From Verrucomicrobiota bacterium (GTDB taxonomy: Bacteria; Verrucomicrobiota; Verrucomicrobiia; Limisphaerales; CAIMTB01), in contig CAUJJW010000212.1 in the NCBI GenBank assembly GCA_963205105.1, forward strand, positions 866 to 64,865: a stretch of 64,000 bases of DNA, written 5' to 3'. Shown piece after piece: positions 10,084 to 18,973 of this stretch. A program made the position numbers and the translations under genes. The notes beneath the pieces are model-generated. The model was not told the origin of the DNA and searched no databases. It worked only from the letters and a program-made list of their open reading frames with translations. Every line of letters starts with the position of its first letter. Position 1 is the first letter of the stretch.

Positions 10084-10122
10084 GAAAAACGACCGACCTG
10101 CCTTGCGGGCGGGTCGGTCGTT
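10084..10122 (-). terminator. Rho-independent terminator downstream of the cyclophilin gene
   Basis: The minus-strand RNA reads ACGACCGACC-C-GCC-CGCAA-GGC-A-GGUCGGUCGU followed by UUUUUC. It forms a perfect 10-bp stem plus a 3-bp extension. It lies about 53 nt after the stop at 10175. Confidence 0.75.
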
Positions 10123-10174
10123 ATCGAAAAAGGTGTGCTTTGGGGTGCGAAGGCGATGTCGGCGGATACCGAAC

Positions 10175-10825
10175 TTACTTGGAGAACTTCTCGAAGTCGG
10201 CTTGGTCGCCCTTGAAGGCCGTGGCCTTCTCGCCGACACGGATGATCTTCAGTTTGTTGATCTTGTCACCCTGGGCGATGGCGTCGACGACGCTCTGTCC
10301 CTCGATCACATGACCGAAGACGGCGTGCTTGCCGTCGAGGTGGGGGGTCGGCACGTGGGTGATGAAGAACTGGCTCCCATTGGTGGCGGGGCCAGCGTTG
10401 GCCATGGAAAGAATCCCGGGGCGGTCATGCTTCAGTCCGGGATGGATCTCGTCCTTGAACCGGTAGCCGGGACCGCCACGGCCGGACCCGGTCGGGTCGC
10501 CGCCTTGGATCATGAAGCCCTTGATCACGCGGTGGAAAACAATGCCGTCGTAGAAGGGGGTGCCGTTCTGAGGCTTGGGGGCCGACCCGTCCTTGGAGTA
10601 GTTCTTGGTGCCTTCGGCCAGCCCGACGAAGTTCGCGACCGTCAGCGGGGTCTTCTCGAACTCGAGCTGGATCACGATCTTGCCCTTGGTGGTGTCGAAC
10701 TCGGCGTACAGTCCGTCTTTCAATTCAGCGGCATGCGACATGGGGGCAACGCTAAGGAGCGCGGCGGTGCCCAGCAAAGGCAAAAGGCTCAGGGGACGAC
10801 GTAGGATGGACAAAAAAGAGTGCAT
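10175..10825 (-). CDS. Peptidyl-prolyl cis-trans isomerase, cyclophilin type, secreted
   Basis: Cyclophilin core: [30 protein letters not shown]...[17 protein letters not shown]...HAVFG. The start is moved to ATG 10825 ([32 protein letters not shown], a signal peptide). The listed 295-aa ORF would overlap the upstream gene. Confidence 0.9.
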   Translation of the reverse strand: MHSFLSILRRPLSLLPLLGTAALLSVAPMSHAAELKDGLYAEFDTTKGKIVIQLEFEKTPLTVANFVGLAEGTKNYSKDGSAPKPQNGTPFYDGIVFHRVIKGFMIQGGDPTGSGRGGPGYRFKDEIHPGLKHDRPGILSMANAGPATNGSQFFITHVPTPHLDGKHAVFGHVIEGQSVVDAIAQGDKINKLKIIRVGEKATAFKGDQADFEKFSK

Positions 10826-10880
10826 GGCCGGCGAAGATGCCCAAAACCGCCCGGTTGAAAAGTCCGTTCTGAGCCCAGGC

Positions 10881-12326
10881 TCACGCCAGGATATCCCGGA
10901 TCGCCTCACCATGAACGTCGGTGAGCCGGCGTTGAACGCCGTTGTGGTAGAAGGTGAGCCGTTCGTGGTCGATCCCCAGCAGGTGCAGAACGGTCGCATG
11001 ATAATCCGGAACGGTGACCTTGTTCTCGGCGACGAAATACCCGATTTCGTCAGAGGCGCCATAGTGCACCCCAGGCCGGATTCCGGCGCCCGCCATGAAG
11101 CAGGTGAAGGCGGTCGGGTGATGGTCCCGACCCGGCGAGTCGATGCCTTGGGTCGCTGGACTTCGACCGAACTCGGTGGACCAGAGGAAGAGGGTGTCTT
11201 CCAGCATCCCGCGCTGCTTGAGATCCTGGATCAGCGCGGCGACGGGTTGGTCCATGGTGGCGGCCTGGGTGTCGTGGTTTTCCTTCAGGTTCTCGTGGCC
11301 GTCCCAGTTGATGCGTGGGCTGCCAAACGAGCCGCCGTTGAAGATCTGGACGAATCGCACGCCGCGTTCGAGAAGTCGGCGTGCCATCAGGCAATTCCGG
11401 GCGAAGCCTTTGTTGCCGGGTTCATCGATGCCATAGAGACGGCGGATGGCCTCGGATTCGCCTTCGAAACCGGTCGCTTCAGGAATGCTGGTCTGCATCC
11501 GGGCAGCGAGTTCGTAGGAGCGCAACCGCGCCGTGAAGGCGCTATCGCCGGGATGCGCCTGGGCAAAATCACGATTCACCTCCGCCAGCATGCGCAGCTC
11601 GGCTTCGCGTGCAGTGCCTGGAATACCATCCGGCGGCCGGAGGTCGGCGATGGCTTCGGCGGACTGGGTGCGGAAGGGGACCCCCTGGTGATTGGCCGGG
11701 AGAAAGCCCGAGGTCCAGTTGATGGAGCCGCCGGCGGGAAGTCCGCGCGGGTCCGGGAGCACGACGAACGCCGGAAGATTCTCATTCTCGGTGCCGAGCC
11801 CGTAGCTCAACCAGGCGCCCATGGACGGAAATCCGTTCAAGGTGAACCCGCTGTTCATCTGGAAGGTCGCCGGGGTGTGGTTGTTGCTCTTGGCGAACAT
11901 CGAGTGGATGAAACACAGGTCGTCCGCACACTTGGCCAGATGGGGGAAGAGGCTGCTGACCCAGGTGCCGCTCTGTCCGTGTTGGCGAAACGGATAGACA
12001 CTGCGCATGAGTTTTCCGGGCTGCCCGAAGAATCCCAGGTTCTCTCCCTTGCCTTCCATGGATTTGCCGTGGAGGCGGTCCAATTCGGGTTTGTGGTCGA
12101 AGGTGTCGAGGTGGCTGACCCCGCCGCAACAGAACACCTGGATCACCCGTTTGGCTTTGGGCGCGAACAGCGGGGTCAGTGCCGAACCCGCCAACGTCGC
12201 AGACTGGGACCGGGCCTGGTCCGCTCGCATGAGCCAGGCGAGAGCCACGGCTCCCAGGCCGCCGGTGGTACCGGAGAGGAAATGCCGGCGCGAAAGGATC
12301 GCCGGTAGAGGACGATTACCGGACAT
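10881..12326 (-). CDS. DUF1501 domain protein (sulfatase-like fold, Tat signal)
   Basis: Start set at ATG 12326 ([31 protein letters not shown], twin-arginine signal). Family motifs: [27 protein letters not shown]. It overlaps the upstream stop (12316-12318) by 11 nt. Confidence 0.85.
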   Translation of the reverse strand: MSGNRPLPAILSRRHFLSGTTGGLGAVALAWLMRADQARSQSATLAGSALTPLFAPKAKRVIQVFCCGGVSHLDTFDHKPELDRLHGKSMEGKGENLGFFGQPGKLMRSVYPFRQHGQSGTWVSSLFPHLAKCADDLCFIHSMFAKSNNHTPATFQMNSGFTLNGFPSMGAWLSYGLGTENENLPAFVVLPDPRGLPAGGSINWTSGFLPANHQGVPFRTQSAEAIADLRPPDGIPGTAREAELRMLAEVNRDFAQAHPGDSAFTARLRSYELAARMQTSIPEATGFEGESEAIRRLYGIDEPGNKGFARNCLMARRLLERGVRFVQIFNGGSFGSPRINWDGHENLKENHDTQAATMDQPVAALIQDLKQRGMLEDTLFLWSTEFGRSPATQGIDSPGRDHHPTAFTCFMAGAGIRPGVHYGASDEIGYFVAENKVTVPDYHATVLHLLGIDHERLTFYHNGVQRRLTDVHGEAIRDILA

Positions 12327-15066
12327 AAAGGAACTCGGTGGAGTTGAGCAGCACCCAGCAAACGCTGGACAGGCCGCGTTCGCGCACGGCGGAAACCGCG
12401 CGGGCCAATTCGTCGGGACTGGGACTGCGACCCAGCGCCAGCCGGTAGGCATGGCGGACTCCGGTTGCCGGGTCGTTCGGATCGGGCGCCGCGGCTCGAT
12501 CGGCGAGGAGCTTGGCCTGGCGCAAGGTGAAGCTGCCATTCATCAGGCCCAGCGCTTGCAGGGGCGTGGTGGTGGTCGCGCGCCGGGGAGTTTTGATCGA
12601 TGGATCCGGGCAATCGAAGGCGTCGAGCATCGGGTCTTTGCCGGAGTTGACGTTCATGCGGTACACCGTGCGCCGGTTGAACTCGGGTTCGTCCTTGTCA
12701 AACGGATGGTAGAACGTCGCGTTGAAGTCGGTGGTGGTGAATGGCCGGAAGCTTGGCCCGCCCACCTGGGGATTCAGTCGCCCGCTCACGAACAGCATGG
12801 CGTCGCGCAGGGTCTCCGCCTCGAGGCGCCGTGGCTGGAAGCGCCACAGCCATTGGTTGTCGGCGTCGATCGCCGCGGCCGCGGCCTGGAAGTCGGAGGA
12901 CTGGCGGAAGGCAGCCGAGGTGACGATGAGCCGGTGCAGGGCTTTGAGGCTCCAACCGTCGGCCATGAATCGCGCGGCAAGCCAGTCGAGCAGTTCGGGA
13001 TGGGTCGGCGGAGTGCCTCCAGCGCCGAAGTCGCTCGGGGTCGACACCAGGCCCTGGCCAAAATGGTGGTGCCAGACGCGGTTGACGATCACTCGGGCGG
13101 GCAGCGGATGGCGCGGATCGGTCAGCCAACGGGCAAAACGAATACGACGATCCGCTTCCGAGGCGTCTGCGGGCAGGTCGAGGTCCCCCAGAGTCTCGGT
13201 GAGTGCCGAGAGCGCCCCAGGTGTGACAACACCATCCGGTGCCTTCACATCGCCACGTTTGAGTCGCTGGGTGGGGGGTGGTTGCGTCCGCCGACCGGCG
13301 TAGGCGATCGATTTGGGTTTGCTGAGGTTGGCCAGTTGCTCGCGGGCTTTTTGGGCGCGATCCAGGGCGGCAGCGAATTCGGCTCGCTGGGTTGGCGTCA
13401 GCGCCGCGAGCACTTCGGATTCAGGGATGGCCAGACCGGCGGCGCGGAAGGATGCGGCGACTTCCTCCGCGGAGAGGGCCCGGTCGTGAACGGCGGCCTG
13501 ATGGATCGAACCGGTGAGCCATGGGCTGCCTCCACCGTGGTGGCGTAGGCCCAGGACAACGCGGGTATCGCCGGCATGGAAGGTCGCCAGGGGTTTGGCG
13601 GGTGTGTAAGGCTTACCGTAGGGTTCGCCGTTGCGATACAGCGCGATGCTGTTGTCGGCGTGGTACACCGCCGCCAGATGGATGCGGGTTCCAGGAAGCG
13701 CCGTCTCCTCCGGGCCGTCCAGGTTTCGGGTACGTTCCAGCCCCGTGCTGCCCGCCGTCCATTTTCGGGGCTGCTGTTCACCGAAGACGATGGCGTCGAA
13801 TTTCGTTCCATCGGCGCTTTCGATCGAGATGGCGGCGCCACCGCGCTGTTGGAGGTCGGAGAGCGACACCCAGGCTTCGAGGGTCTTTTCGCGGAGATCG
13901 CGGGCGAGCAGGGGTGACTGGAAATAGGCGCCCGGCGAGGGAAGTTGGAGTTGGCCATCACGGAGGAAGGCGCCCCCTTCGAGGGTGCCTTCGAGGGCGC
14001 TCAGGGAAGGATGATCGAAGCTCCAGCGCACCAGGGGAGCAGGGCCGGCAGGACGGAGCGTCGGGTGGCTCAGGGCGTTGGCGAGGGACCAGCCCCGTTG
14101 ATACAGGCGCCTCGACTGGTCCTCGGCGGCTTCGATGTCGCGTTTCAACGCTGCGATCTGCGTTTCGCGCGCCTTGGTTTCGGCGGGCGTCTCGACCGGT
14201 CGTTCACCGTGCTGGATCCCCTCGAAGACCGACTTGATGCGGTAGTAGTCGGTAAGGGTGATGGGGTCGAACTTATGGTCGTGGCAGCGGGCACAGTTGA
14301 GGGTCAGTCCGAGAAAAGTTTGCCCAACGACGCTGATAAGGTCCTCGAGTTCCTCCTCGCGGGTGATGGCGCGCTGGGTGAGGTTCGCCTGGCTGTTGCC
14401 GGCCTGATCATAGGCGCCGCACACCAGCAGGCTGGAGCCCAGAATGCCGTCGCGGGTGACCGGTTCGAGCACATCGCCGGCGATCTGCTCGCGCATGAAA
14501 CGGTCGTAGGGCTTGTCGCGGTTGAAACTTCGGATGACGTAATCGCGGTAGGGCCAGGCGTTGTCCCGAAGCCGGTCGTATTCGAATCCGGTGCTCTCCG
14601 TGTAGCGGGCGAGGTCAAGCCAATGGCGGGCCCAACGTTCGCCGTATTGGGGCTGGTTCAACAGCCGATCCACCATCCGTCCATAGCGCTCCTCCGAGGG
14701 ATCTTGGACGAACGCTTCGGTGGCCTCGGGCGACGGCGGCAATCCGATGAGACTGAAATAGAGTCGTCGGATCTGGTCGCGTGGTGCTGCGGGCGGCGAG
14801 GGGGACAGTCCCTTCGCCCTAAGGACGCTGCGGAGAAATCGATCGATCGGGTGTGCCGCCGGGGAATCGGAACCAGGATCGGTCGGAGGCGGGGCGATGG
14901 AGCGGTCGATGGGCTGAAAGGCCCACTGCTTCTGCGCCCTTTCGATGATTTTGCGGTCGGACGGTGGAACGGAATCCACGGTGTCGGCGGCCAGCGCGCC
15001 TGCGGTCATCAGCGCTGCGACCGAGAGCAGGGCGAGCCAGGATGAGCGCGACGGTGTTCGCTTCAT
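12316..15066 (-). CDS. DUF1549 (PSCyt2) - LamG - DUF1553 (PSD1) protein
   Basis: Start set at ATG 15066 (MKRTPSRSSWLALLSVAALMTAGALA, signal peptide). DUF1549 motif: NCARCHDHKFDPITLTDYY. A central LamG-like block is present (KTLEAWVSL...IHLAAVYHADNSIALYRNGEPYG...HQAAVHDRALSAEEV). DUF1553 motif: VNRVWHHHFGQGLVSTPSDFG, with the tail ending STEFLYVR. Confidence 0.85.
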   Translation of the reverse strand: MKRTPSRSSWLALLSVAALMTAGALAADTVDSVPPSDRKIIERAQKQWAFQPIDRSIAPPPTDPGSDSPAAHPIDRFLRSVLRAKGLSPSPPAAPRDQIRRLYFSLIGLPPSPEATEAFVQDPSEERYGRMVDRLLNQPQYGERWARHWLDLARYTESTGFEYDRLRDNAWPYRDYVIRSFNRDKPYDRFMREQIAGDVLEPVTRDGILGSSLLVCGAYDQAGNSQANLTQRAITREEELEDLISVVGQTFLGLTLNCARCHDHKFDPITLTDYYRIKSVFEGIQHGERPVETPAETKARETQIAALKRDIEAAEDQSRRLYQRGWSLANALSHPTLRPAGPAPLVRWSFDHPSLSALEGTLEGGAFLRDGQLQLPSPGAYFQSPLLARDLREKTLEAWVSLSDLQQRGGAAISIESADGTKFDAIVFGEQQPRKWTAGSTGLERTRNLDGPEETALPGTRIHLAAVYHADNSIALYRNGEPYGKPYTPAKPLATFHAGDTRVVLGLRHHGGGSPWLTGSIHQAAVHDRALSAEEVAASFRAAGLAIPESEVLAALTPTQRAEFAAALDRAQKAREQLANLSKPKSIAYAGRRTQPPPTQRLKRGDVKAPDGVVTPGALSALTETLGDLDLPADASEADRRIRFARWLTDPRHPLPARVIVNRVWHHHFGQGLVSTPSDFGAGGTPPTHPELLDWLAARFMADGWSLKALHRLIVTSAAFRQSSDFQAAAAAIDADNQWLWRFQPRRLEAETLRDAMLFVSGRLNPQVGGPSFRPFTTTDFNATFYHPFDKDEPEFNRRTVYRMNVNSGKDPMLDAFDCPDPSIKTPRRATTTTPLQALGLMNGSFTLRQAKLLADRAAAPDPNDPATGVRHAYRLALGRSPSPDELARAVSAVRERGLSSVCWVLLNSTEFLYVR

Positions 15067-15342
15067 AATCAACGGGGTCCCGAATCGAACAACGAGCCGA
15101 TGAGGACGTTGGAGAATCCCCAATCGCGCGATGAGGAAAAGCCCTTTCTTGCTGAGCCGCGACGATTCCGTGCATCCCGAAGCTGTTGGAGGCTGGAGTT
15201 GCAACGCTGCGGCAAGTCTTGGCTCGCGAAGCGGGACAACGCATGGGCAACCGCCATGATTCACGAATCGCGCCTTGGGACCATGAACCGCTCGGGGAGG
15301 CGGGGGGATTACGATTAGGAGTACGAGGACGAGGGGCGGCGC

Positions 15343-15399
15343 GGTTCATGGAGAGCCCCCTGTTCAAAACAAAATCGACCTGCTCACGGGCCATGAACC
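15343..15399 (-). repeat. Module-A hairpin-1 sub-unit (GGTTCATGG...CCATGAACC)
   Basis: ggttcatggagagccccctgttcaaaacaaaatcgacctgctcacgggccatgaacc has the same 9-bp inverted termini and inner GAGC/GCTC pairing as the units at 39734 and 39851. Confidence 0.8.
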
Positions 15400-15404
15400 G
15401 AGGC

Positions 15405-15481
15405 GCGAGGAGTGGAGCGAGGAGTGGAGCGAGGAGTGGAGCGAGGAGTGGAGCGAGGAGTGGAGCGAGGAGTGGAGCGAG
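15405..15481. repeat. Perfect 12-nt tandem repeat (GCGAGGAGTGGA) x 6.4
   Basis: I counted six identical units at 15405-15476 plus a partial gcgag. The array is intergenic, immediately 3' of the hairpin-1 unit. Two short GC hairpins follow: CCTTCTCCC-GGA-GGGAGAAGG at 15497-15517 and CCTCTCC-CTCCG-GGAGAGG at 15621-15639. Confidence 0.95.
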
Positions 15482-15732
15482 CGGCCCTCATCCCGGCCTT
15501 CTCCCGGAGGGAGAAGGAGAACATTCCCCGCGGGTTTCGGAGGGCTAAGCGGGGCGTTGGCCGGTGCGACGGATCGGAAGGCCGTGGTTCAGGCATGTCG
15601 CCGCGGGCAGGACGTGAACCCCTCTCCCTCCGGGAGAGGAATTGCGGAACAGGACGGCCCAATTCAAGTCCTCGGCTCGCTTTGGTTTCGAGAGCGGCCG
15701 GGACCTGGGGATGCAAGGCAGCGCGAACGCGC

Positions 15733-15963
15733 TTACGACGAAACCAAGGTCGCGTTGTTGCTGAGCAGGTACTTCTGAAGGTCGGGCTTCGACGACAGGG
15801 TGGTCTGATTGCCGTGGCGCTTGGTCTTGTAGCGCTTGTAGTGGACCAAGGTTTTGCCGACCAGGGTGACGGCGACGTTCAAGTCGCCGATCTGCCAAAC
15901 TTGGCCCTTCTCGAAAGGAACCAACGTTTTGGGGGAGGATGGCGCCGACGCCGGATTCTTCAT
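15733..15963 (-). CDS. Small hypothetical protein (76 aa)
   Basis: ATG 15963: MKNPASAPSSPKTLVPFEKGQVWQIGDLNVAVTLVGKTLVHYKRYKTKRHGNQTTLSSKPDLQKYLLSNNATLVSS. The amino-acid composition is protein-like (K/Y/N rich), unlike the R/P/G-rich shadow ORFs around it. I did not recognise a family. Confidence 0.5.
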   Translation of the reverse strand: MKNPASAPSSPKTLVPFEKGQVWQIGDLNVAVTLVGKTLVHYKRYKTKRHGNQTTLSSKPDLQKYLLSNNATLVSS

Positions 15964-16126
15964 GGGGATGAGAATGCCGGAATGGATCGTACGAAGCAAG
16001 CACCGGAGCGTAATGAGACGAGACTACGCTAAATGAATGACCCTTGGACGAGCGGTGGCGGGCTTGGACCGGGTGCGGTGCCGCCACGTCGCGGGAGTTC
16101 TTTCCGGCTCCCGCTGTCGGCGACCA

Positions 16127-17455
16127 TCAGGACGTCAGATCCGGATAAACCCAGGGCGCCCGGTAGGGGCGACTGAGCAGTCGGCTGGCCTCCGGATCGC
16201 CCACGATTTCCTCTTTGGCACCGTCCCATTGGAGGCTGCGACCGGTGCGCCAGGAGATCATGCCGAGCAAGGGAAGGACGGAAGACCGGTGGCCGACCTC
16301 GATGTTCGCGACGCTTTTTCTGCCGGTCTCGATGGCGGCGAGGAAGTCGGCCCACAGGAGCTTCAGATTGTGGCCGTCGGGTTGCTGGAGTTGGGAATCT
16401 TCGTGAACGGACGGGGCCTTGGAATCGGAGGGATAAAAGGTCCAGCCATCCTGCCAGCCGACGTGCAAGGTGCCTTTGGTGCCGTAGAAGTAGGCGCCAA
16501 TGCCGTGCTTCTCCGATTGCGTGCCGCCGAATCGGCGGTGTTCCCAGACGCAGGTGAATCGTTCGAAATCGTAGACCGCCACCTGATGATCCGGAGCGTC
16601 AGAGGTCTGCTCCTTTTCGGTGAGAATCGGTGTTCCGGCGATATTGCGGCCGCCGGTGCAATACACCCGTTTGGGATAAGGTTCCTCGCTCCACCAGAGC
16701 ACCTGATCGAGCCAATGAACGCCCCAGTCGCCCAGCTGGCCGTTGGCGTAGTCCAGGAAACCGCGCCAGCCGCCTGGGTGCAGTTTCTGACTGAAGGGCC
16801 GTTTGGGTGCGGGCCCACACCAGAGATCCCAGTCCAGGCCCTCGGGCGGTTCCAGATTGGGGGCGGGGCGTTCGCGGCCGCCGCCGCCGTTGGCAAAGAT
16901 CCGGACCATGCCGACGTCACCGACCGCTCCTGACTTCAGGAACTTCATGGCGCTCACGTGGTGAGGGCCGATGCGTCGGTGGAGTCCGACCTGCACCACG
17001 CGTCCGCTGTTGCGGGCGGCATGGAGCATGGCCCGGCTTTCGTTGACTGTATGGCCGGTGGGTTTCTCGACGAAGACATGGGCGCTGGATTTCACGGCGG
17101 CGATGGTCTGAAGGGCGTGCCAGTGGTCGGGGGACGCGATCAGGACAATCTCCGGCTTCTCCTTCTCCAGGAGCTCCCGGAAGTCGTTGTGCTTCGCCGG
17201 GGAATCGCCGTTGAGATCGTGGACACGTTCAGCGGTGATGTCGCGGGCGCGGGTGTCGACGTCGCAGAGGCCAACGACCTTGAGGCGTTCGCTGGCGATG
17301 GCTTCGCGCAGGATGTTGTTGCCCCACCAACCACAGCCGATCAGGGCGGTGCGGTATTTCTTCGCCGGATCTGCGGCTCGGATGAACGGCGCGGCGGAGA
17401 CCAGGCTGGTGGCCAGGGCAGTGGTGCGCAGGAACTGTCGACGTGTGCTGGTCAT
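16127..17455 (-). CDS. Gfo/Idh/MocA family oxidoreductase with twin-arginine signal
   Basis: MTSTRRQFLRTTALATSLVSAAPFIRA is a Tat signal. The NAD Rossmann motif is ALIGCGWWGNN, followed by PDHWH and a typical Gfo/Idh/MocA C-terminal domain. Confidence 0.85.
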   Translation of the reverse strand: MTSTRRQFLRTTALATSLVSAAPFIRAADPAKKYRTALIGCGWWGNNILREAIASERLKVVGLCDVDTRARDITAERVHDLNGDSPAKHNDFRELLEKEKPEIVLIASPDHWHALQTIAAVKSSAHVFVEKPTGHTVNESRAMLHAARNSGRVVQVGLHRRIGPHHVSAMKFLKSGAVGDVGMVRIFANGGGGRERPAPNLEPPEGLDWDLWCGPAPKRPFSQKLHPGGWRGFLDYANGQLGDWGVHWLDQVLWWSEEPYPKRVYCTGGRNIAGTPILTEKEQTSDAPDHQVAVYDFERFTCVWEHRRFGGTQSEKHGIGAYFYGTKGTLHVGWQDGWTFYPSDSKAPSVHEDSQLQQPDGHNLKLLWADFLAAIETGRKSVANIEVGHRSSVLPLLGMISWRTGRSLQWDGAKEEIVGDPEASRLLSRPYRAPWVYPDLTS

Positions 17456-17492
17456 GGAAGTTGGTTGTGCGAATTCGACCGAGTCTTGGGCG

Positions 17493-17564
17493 GTGAACCG
17501 GGGATTCCGTGGGGCGAGACGCCCCCCTCTACGGCAGGCGGGACGCCCGCCGCTACGGACGACC
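17493..17564 (-). repeat. Module-A repeat copy (two-hairpin part, - orientation)
   Basis: gtgaaccggggattccgtggggcgagacgcccccctctacggcaggcgggacgcccgccgctacggacgacc is nearly identical to 39781-39850. It sits in the 117-nt gap between two minus-strand genes. Confidence 0.85.
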
Positions 17565-17572
17565 GGGCATGG

Positions 17573-18790
17573 TCAGGGGCGATGGACATCGAGGGCGACC
17601 AACTCGCCGCGGGCGTTGCGGCAATAGACGATCCCGTTGGCCAGCACGGGCGCGGTCCAGGTCTTGCCGCCGACGACTTGCGCCGTGGCGGTGGGTTGGA
17701 ATCCGTCCGGTGTGGCGGGAGCGGTCATCAGTTCGCCGGTGCCGTTCAAGGCGATCAGACGGCCCGACGCGATCACCACGCCGCCGGAGCCGAAATTGGG
17801 GCGGGACCATTTCTCGGTTCCGGTGGCGAACTCGACGCACTTGAGGGCCGCCTTGGTGGTGGTGTCCCCGGCGGTGCCGTAGAGATGGCCTTGATGAAGG
17901 ACGGCCGCGTTCATCTGGGTGGCGAGGACCTTGGACTTCCAGGTGGCTTCGGGTTCGGCGGCGCCGAGTTTGAAGAGACCAGAGCCCTTGCCATAGCCCG
18001 ACGACAGGAACACATGACCGTCGTGGAGGATGGGGTCGGCGGCGTTCACGCCATACTGGGTGAGCCAGCGCACGCCCCAGACGCGCTGTCCGTCGCGCAG
18101 TCGCACGGCGGCGTAGCCTTCGCCCGAACTGAAGACCGCCAGATCTTCGCCCGCTTCGCGATAAGGCAGGGGCGTGGAATAGCCGGCTTCCTTTTTGCCG
18201 GATGTCCACGCGACGGAGCCGTCCTTCTTGTGCAGGGCGAGGCCTGCTTCTCCGACATTCAGGAACACGTGCTCGCCCTGCACCAGCGGAGCGCCGGTGA
18301 AGCCCCAATCCGGCGGTCGGGAGGCGGTCTCCTGTTGCACGTTTTTGGTCCAATGAACCTTTCCGTCGGCGACACCCAGGCAAAGCATGTCACCCCATCG
18401 GCTGAGGACGTAGACGCGGTCGCCGTCCACCGTCGGGGTTCCGGTGGTGCCGCCCTCGAAGTATTTGTCGCCCAACTCGGCGGGATAGGAGTGCTTCCAG
18501 AGTGTGGTTCCGGTCGAGGCGTCGAACGCATGGACCGTGTCCTGCTCGTCAGCATGGCCGAGCGTGAACAGCCGGTTGCTGGCGATTACCATGGACGAGA
18601 AGCCGAGGCCGACCTCCGCCTTCCAGGCGACCTTGGGTCCGTCGGCGGGCCATTCGTGGAGCCATCGGGTTTCGCTCGAAGTGCCGTTGCGCTGAGGGCC
18701 CCGCCAATGGGGCCAGTCGTCGGAAAGCCCTCGCTGGGCGAGGGCCAGGGTGCAGGCGGCAACCATCAGGAGCGGATGGGCTCGGAACAT
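17573..18790 (-). CDS. PQQ-like (BamB-type) beta-propeller repeat protein, secreted
   Basis: The signal peptide is MFRAHPLLMVAACTLALA. The motif DDWPHWRGPQRNG follows, then repeated ...G.VY......L.ALD..TG...W blades typical of PQQ-enzyme-repeat propellers. Confidence 0.75.
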   Translation of the reverse strand: MFRAHPLLMVAACTLALAQRGLSDDWPHWRGPQRNGTSSETRWLHEWPADGPKVAWKAEVGLGFSSMVIASNRLFTLGHADEQDTVHAFDASTGTTLWKHSYPAELGDKYFEGGTTGTPTVDGDRVYVLSRWGDMLCLGVADGKVHWTKNVQQETASRPPDWGFTGAPLVQGEHVFLNVGEAGLALHKKDGSVAWTSGKKEAGYSTPLPYREAGEDLAVFSSGEGYAAVRLRDGQRVWGVRWLTQYGVNAADPILHDGHVFLSSGYGKGSGLFKLGAAEPEATWKSKVLATQMNAAVLHQGHLYGTAGDTTTKAALKCVEFATGTEKWSRPNFGSGGVVIASGRLIALNGTGELMTAPATPDGFQPTATAQVVGGKTWTAPVLANGIVYCRNARGELVALDVHRP

Positions 18791-18973
18791 GGCGGGAGCG
18801 ACGCAACCACAGACCCGGGTCCTCGAAAAGGAATCTCCGCGCTGCCGTGCTCCGGGGGTGTGGCGGGGCGTTCGAACTCAACCAGCACGCCGACGGAGGC
18901 CTGGGAATGAACCTGCTGTTTTTTCGAAAATGCGGTGGGATGCGCCGGTTGGTCTGCGCCGGTTGCTCGGGGG

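Noticed and set aside
9248-10804. ORFs 9248-9814(-), 9367-10215(+), 9528-10313(+) and 9683-10804(+) in the large intergenic gap
   Set aside because: They are translations of the A/B/D repeat modules (P/R/S/G-rich, e.g. GRPACRRGGRLAPPGIP). The same peptide strings reappear wherever the repeats occur, in both orientations, and no frame is maintained between copies.
10605-13548. 567-aa and 513-aa plus-strand ORFs (10605-12308 and 12007-13548), and further long antisense or alternate-frame ORFs such as 2749-3987(-), 4425-6014(+), 35370-36740(+), 38290-39480(+), 55031-56197(+), 56520-57713(-) and 62430-63848(+)
   Set aside because: Each overlaps a gene with strong family motifs on the other strand or in another frame. 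None has recognisable motifs, and all show the R/P/G/A bias expected from off-frame GC-rich DNA.
15405-15481. Possibility that the 12-nt tandem array, or the tandem module-A units, form a CRISPR array or encode a repeat peptide ((ERGV)n, (SGAR)n, (STPR)n)
   Set aside because: The units are directly abutting with no spacers and are only 12 nt long, so this is not a CRISPR array. No cas genes are present. The three reading frames through the array have no credible start, signal or flanking coding sequence.
16090-16113. Hairpin GCGGGAG-N10-CTCCCGC downstream of the Gfo/Idh/MocA gene as a terminator
   Set aside because: A 7-bp stem is present, but no U-tract follows on the minus strand. I leave it uncalled.
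16958-18910. 650-aa ORF on the plus strand
   Set aside because: It is antisense to the Gfo/Idh/MocA and PQQ-like propeller genes and also runs through the module-A repeat. I recognised no domain.
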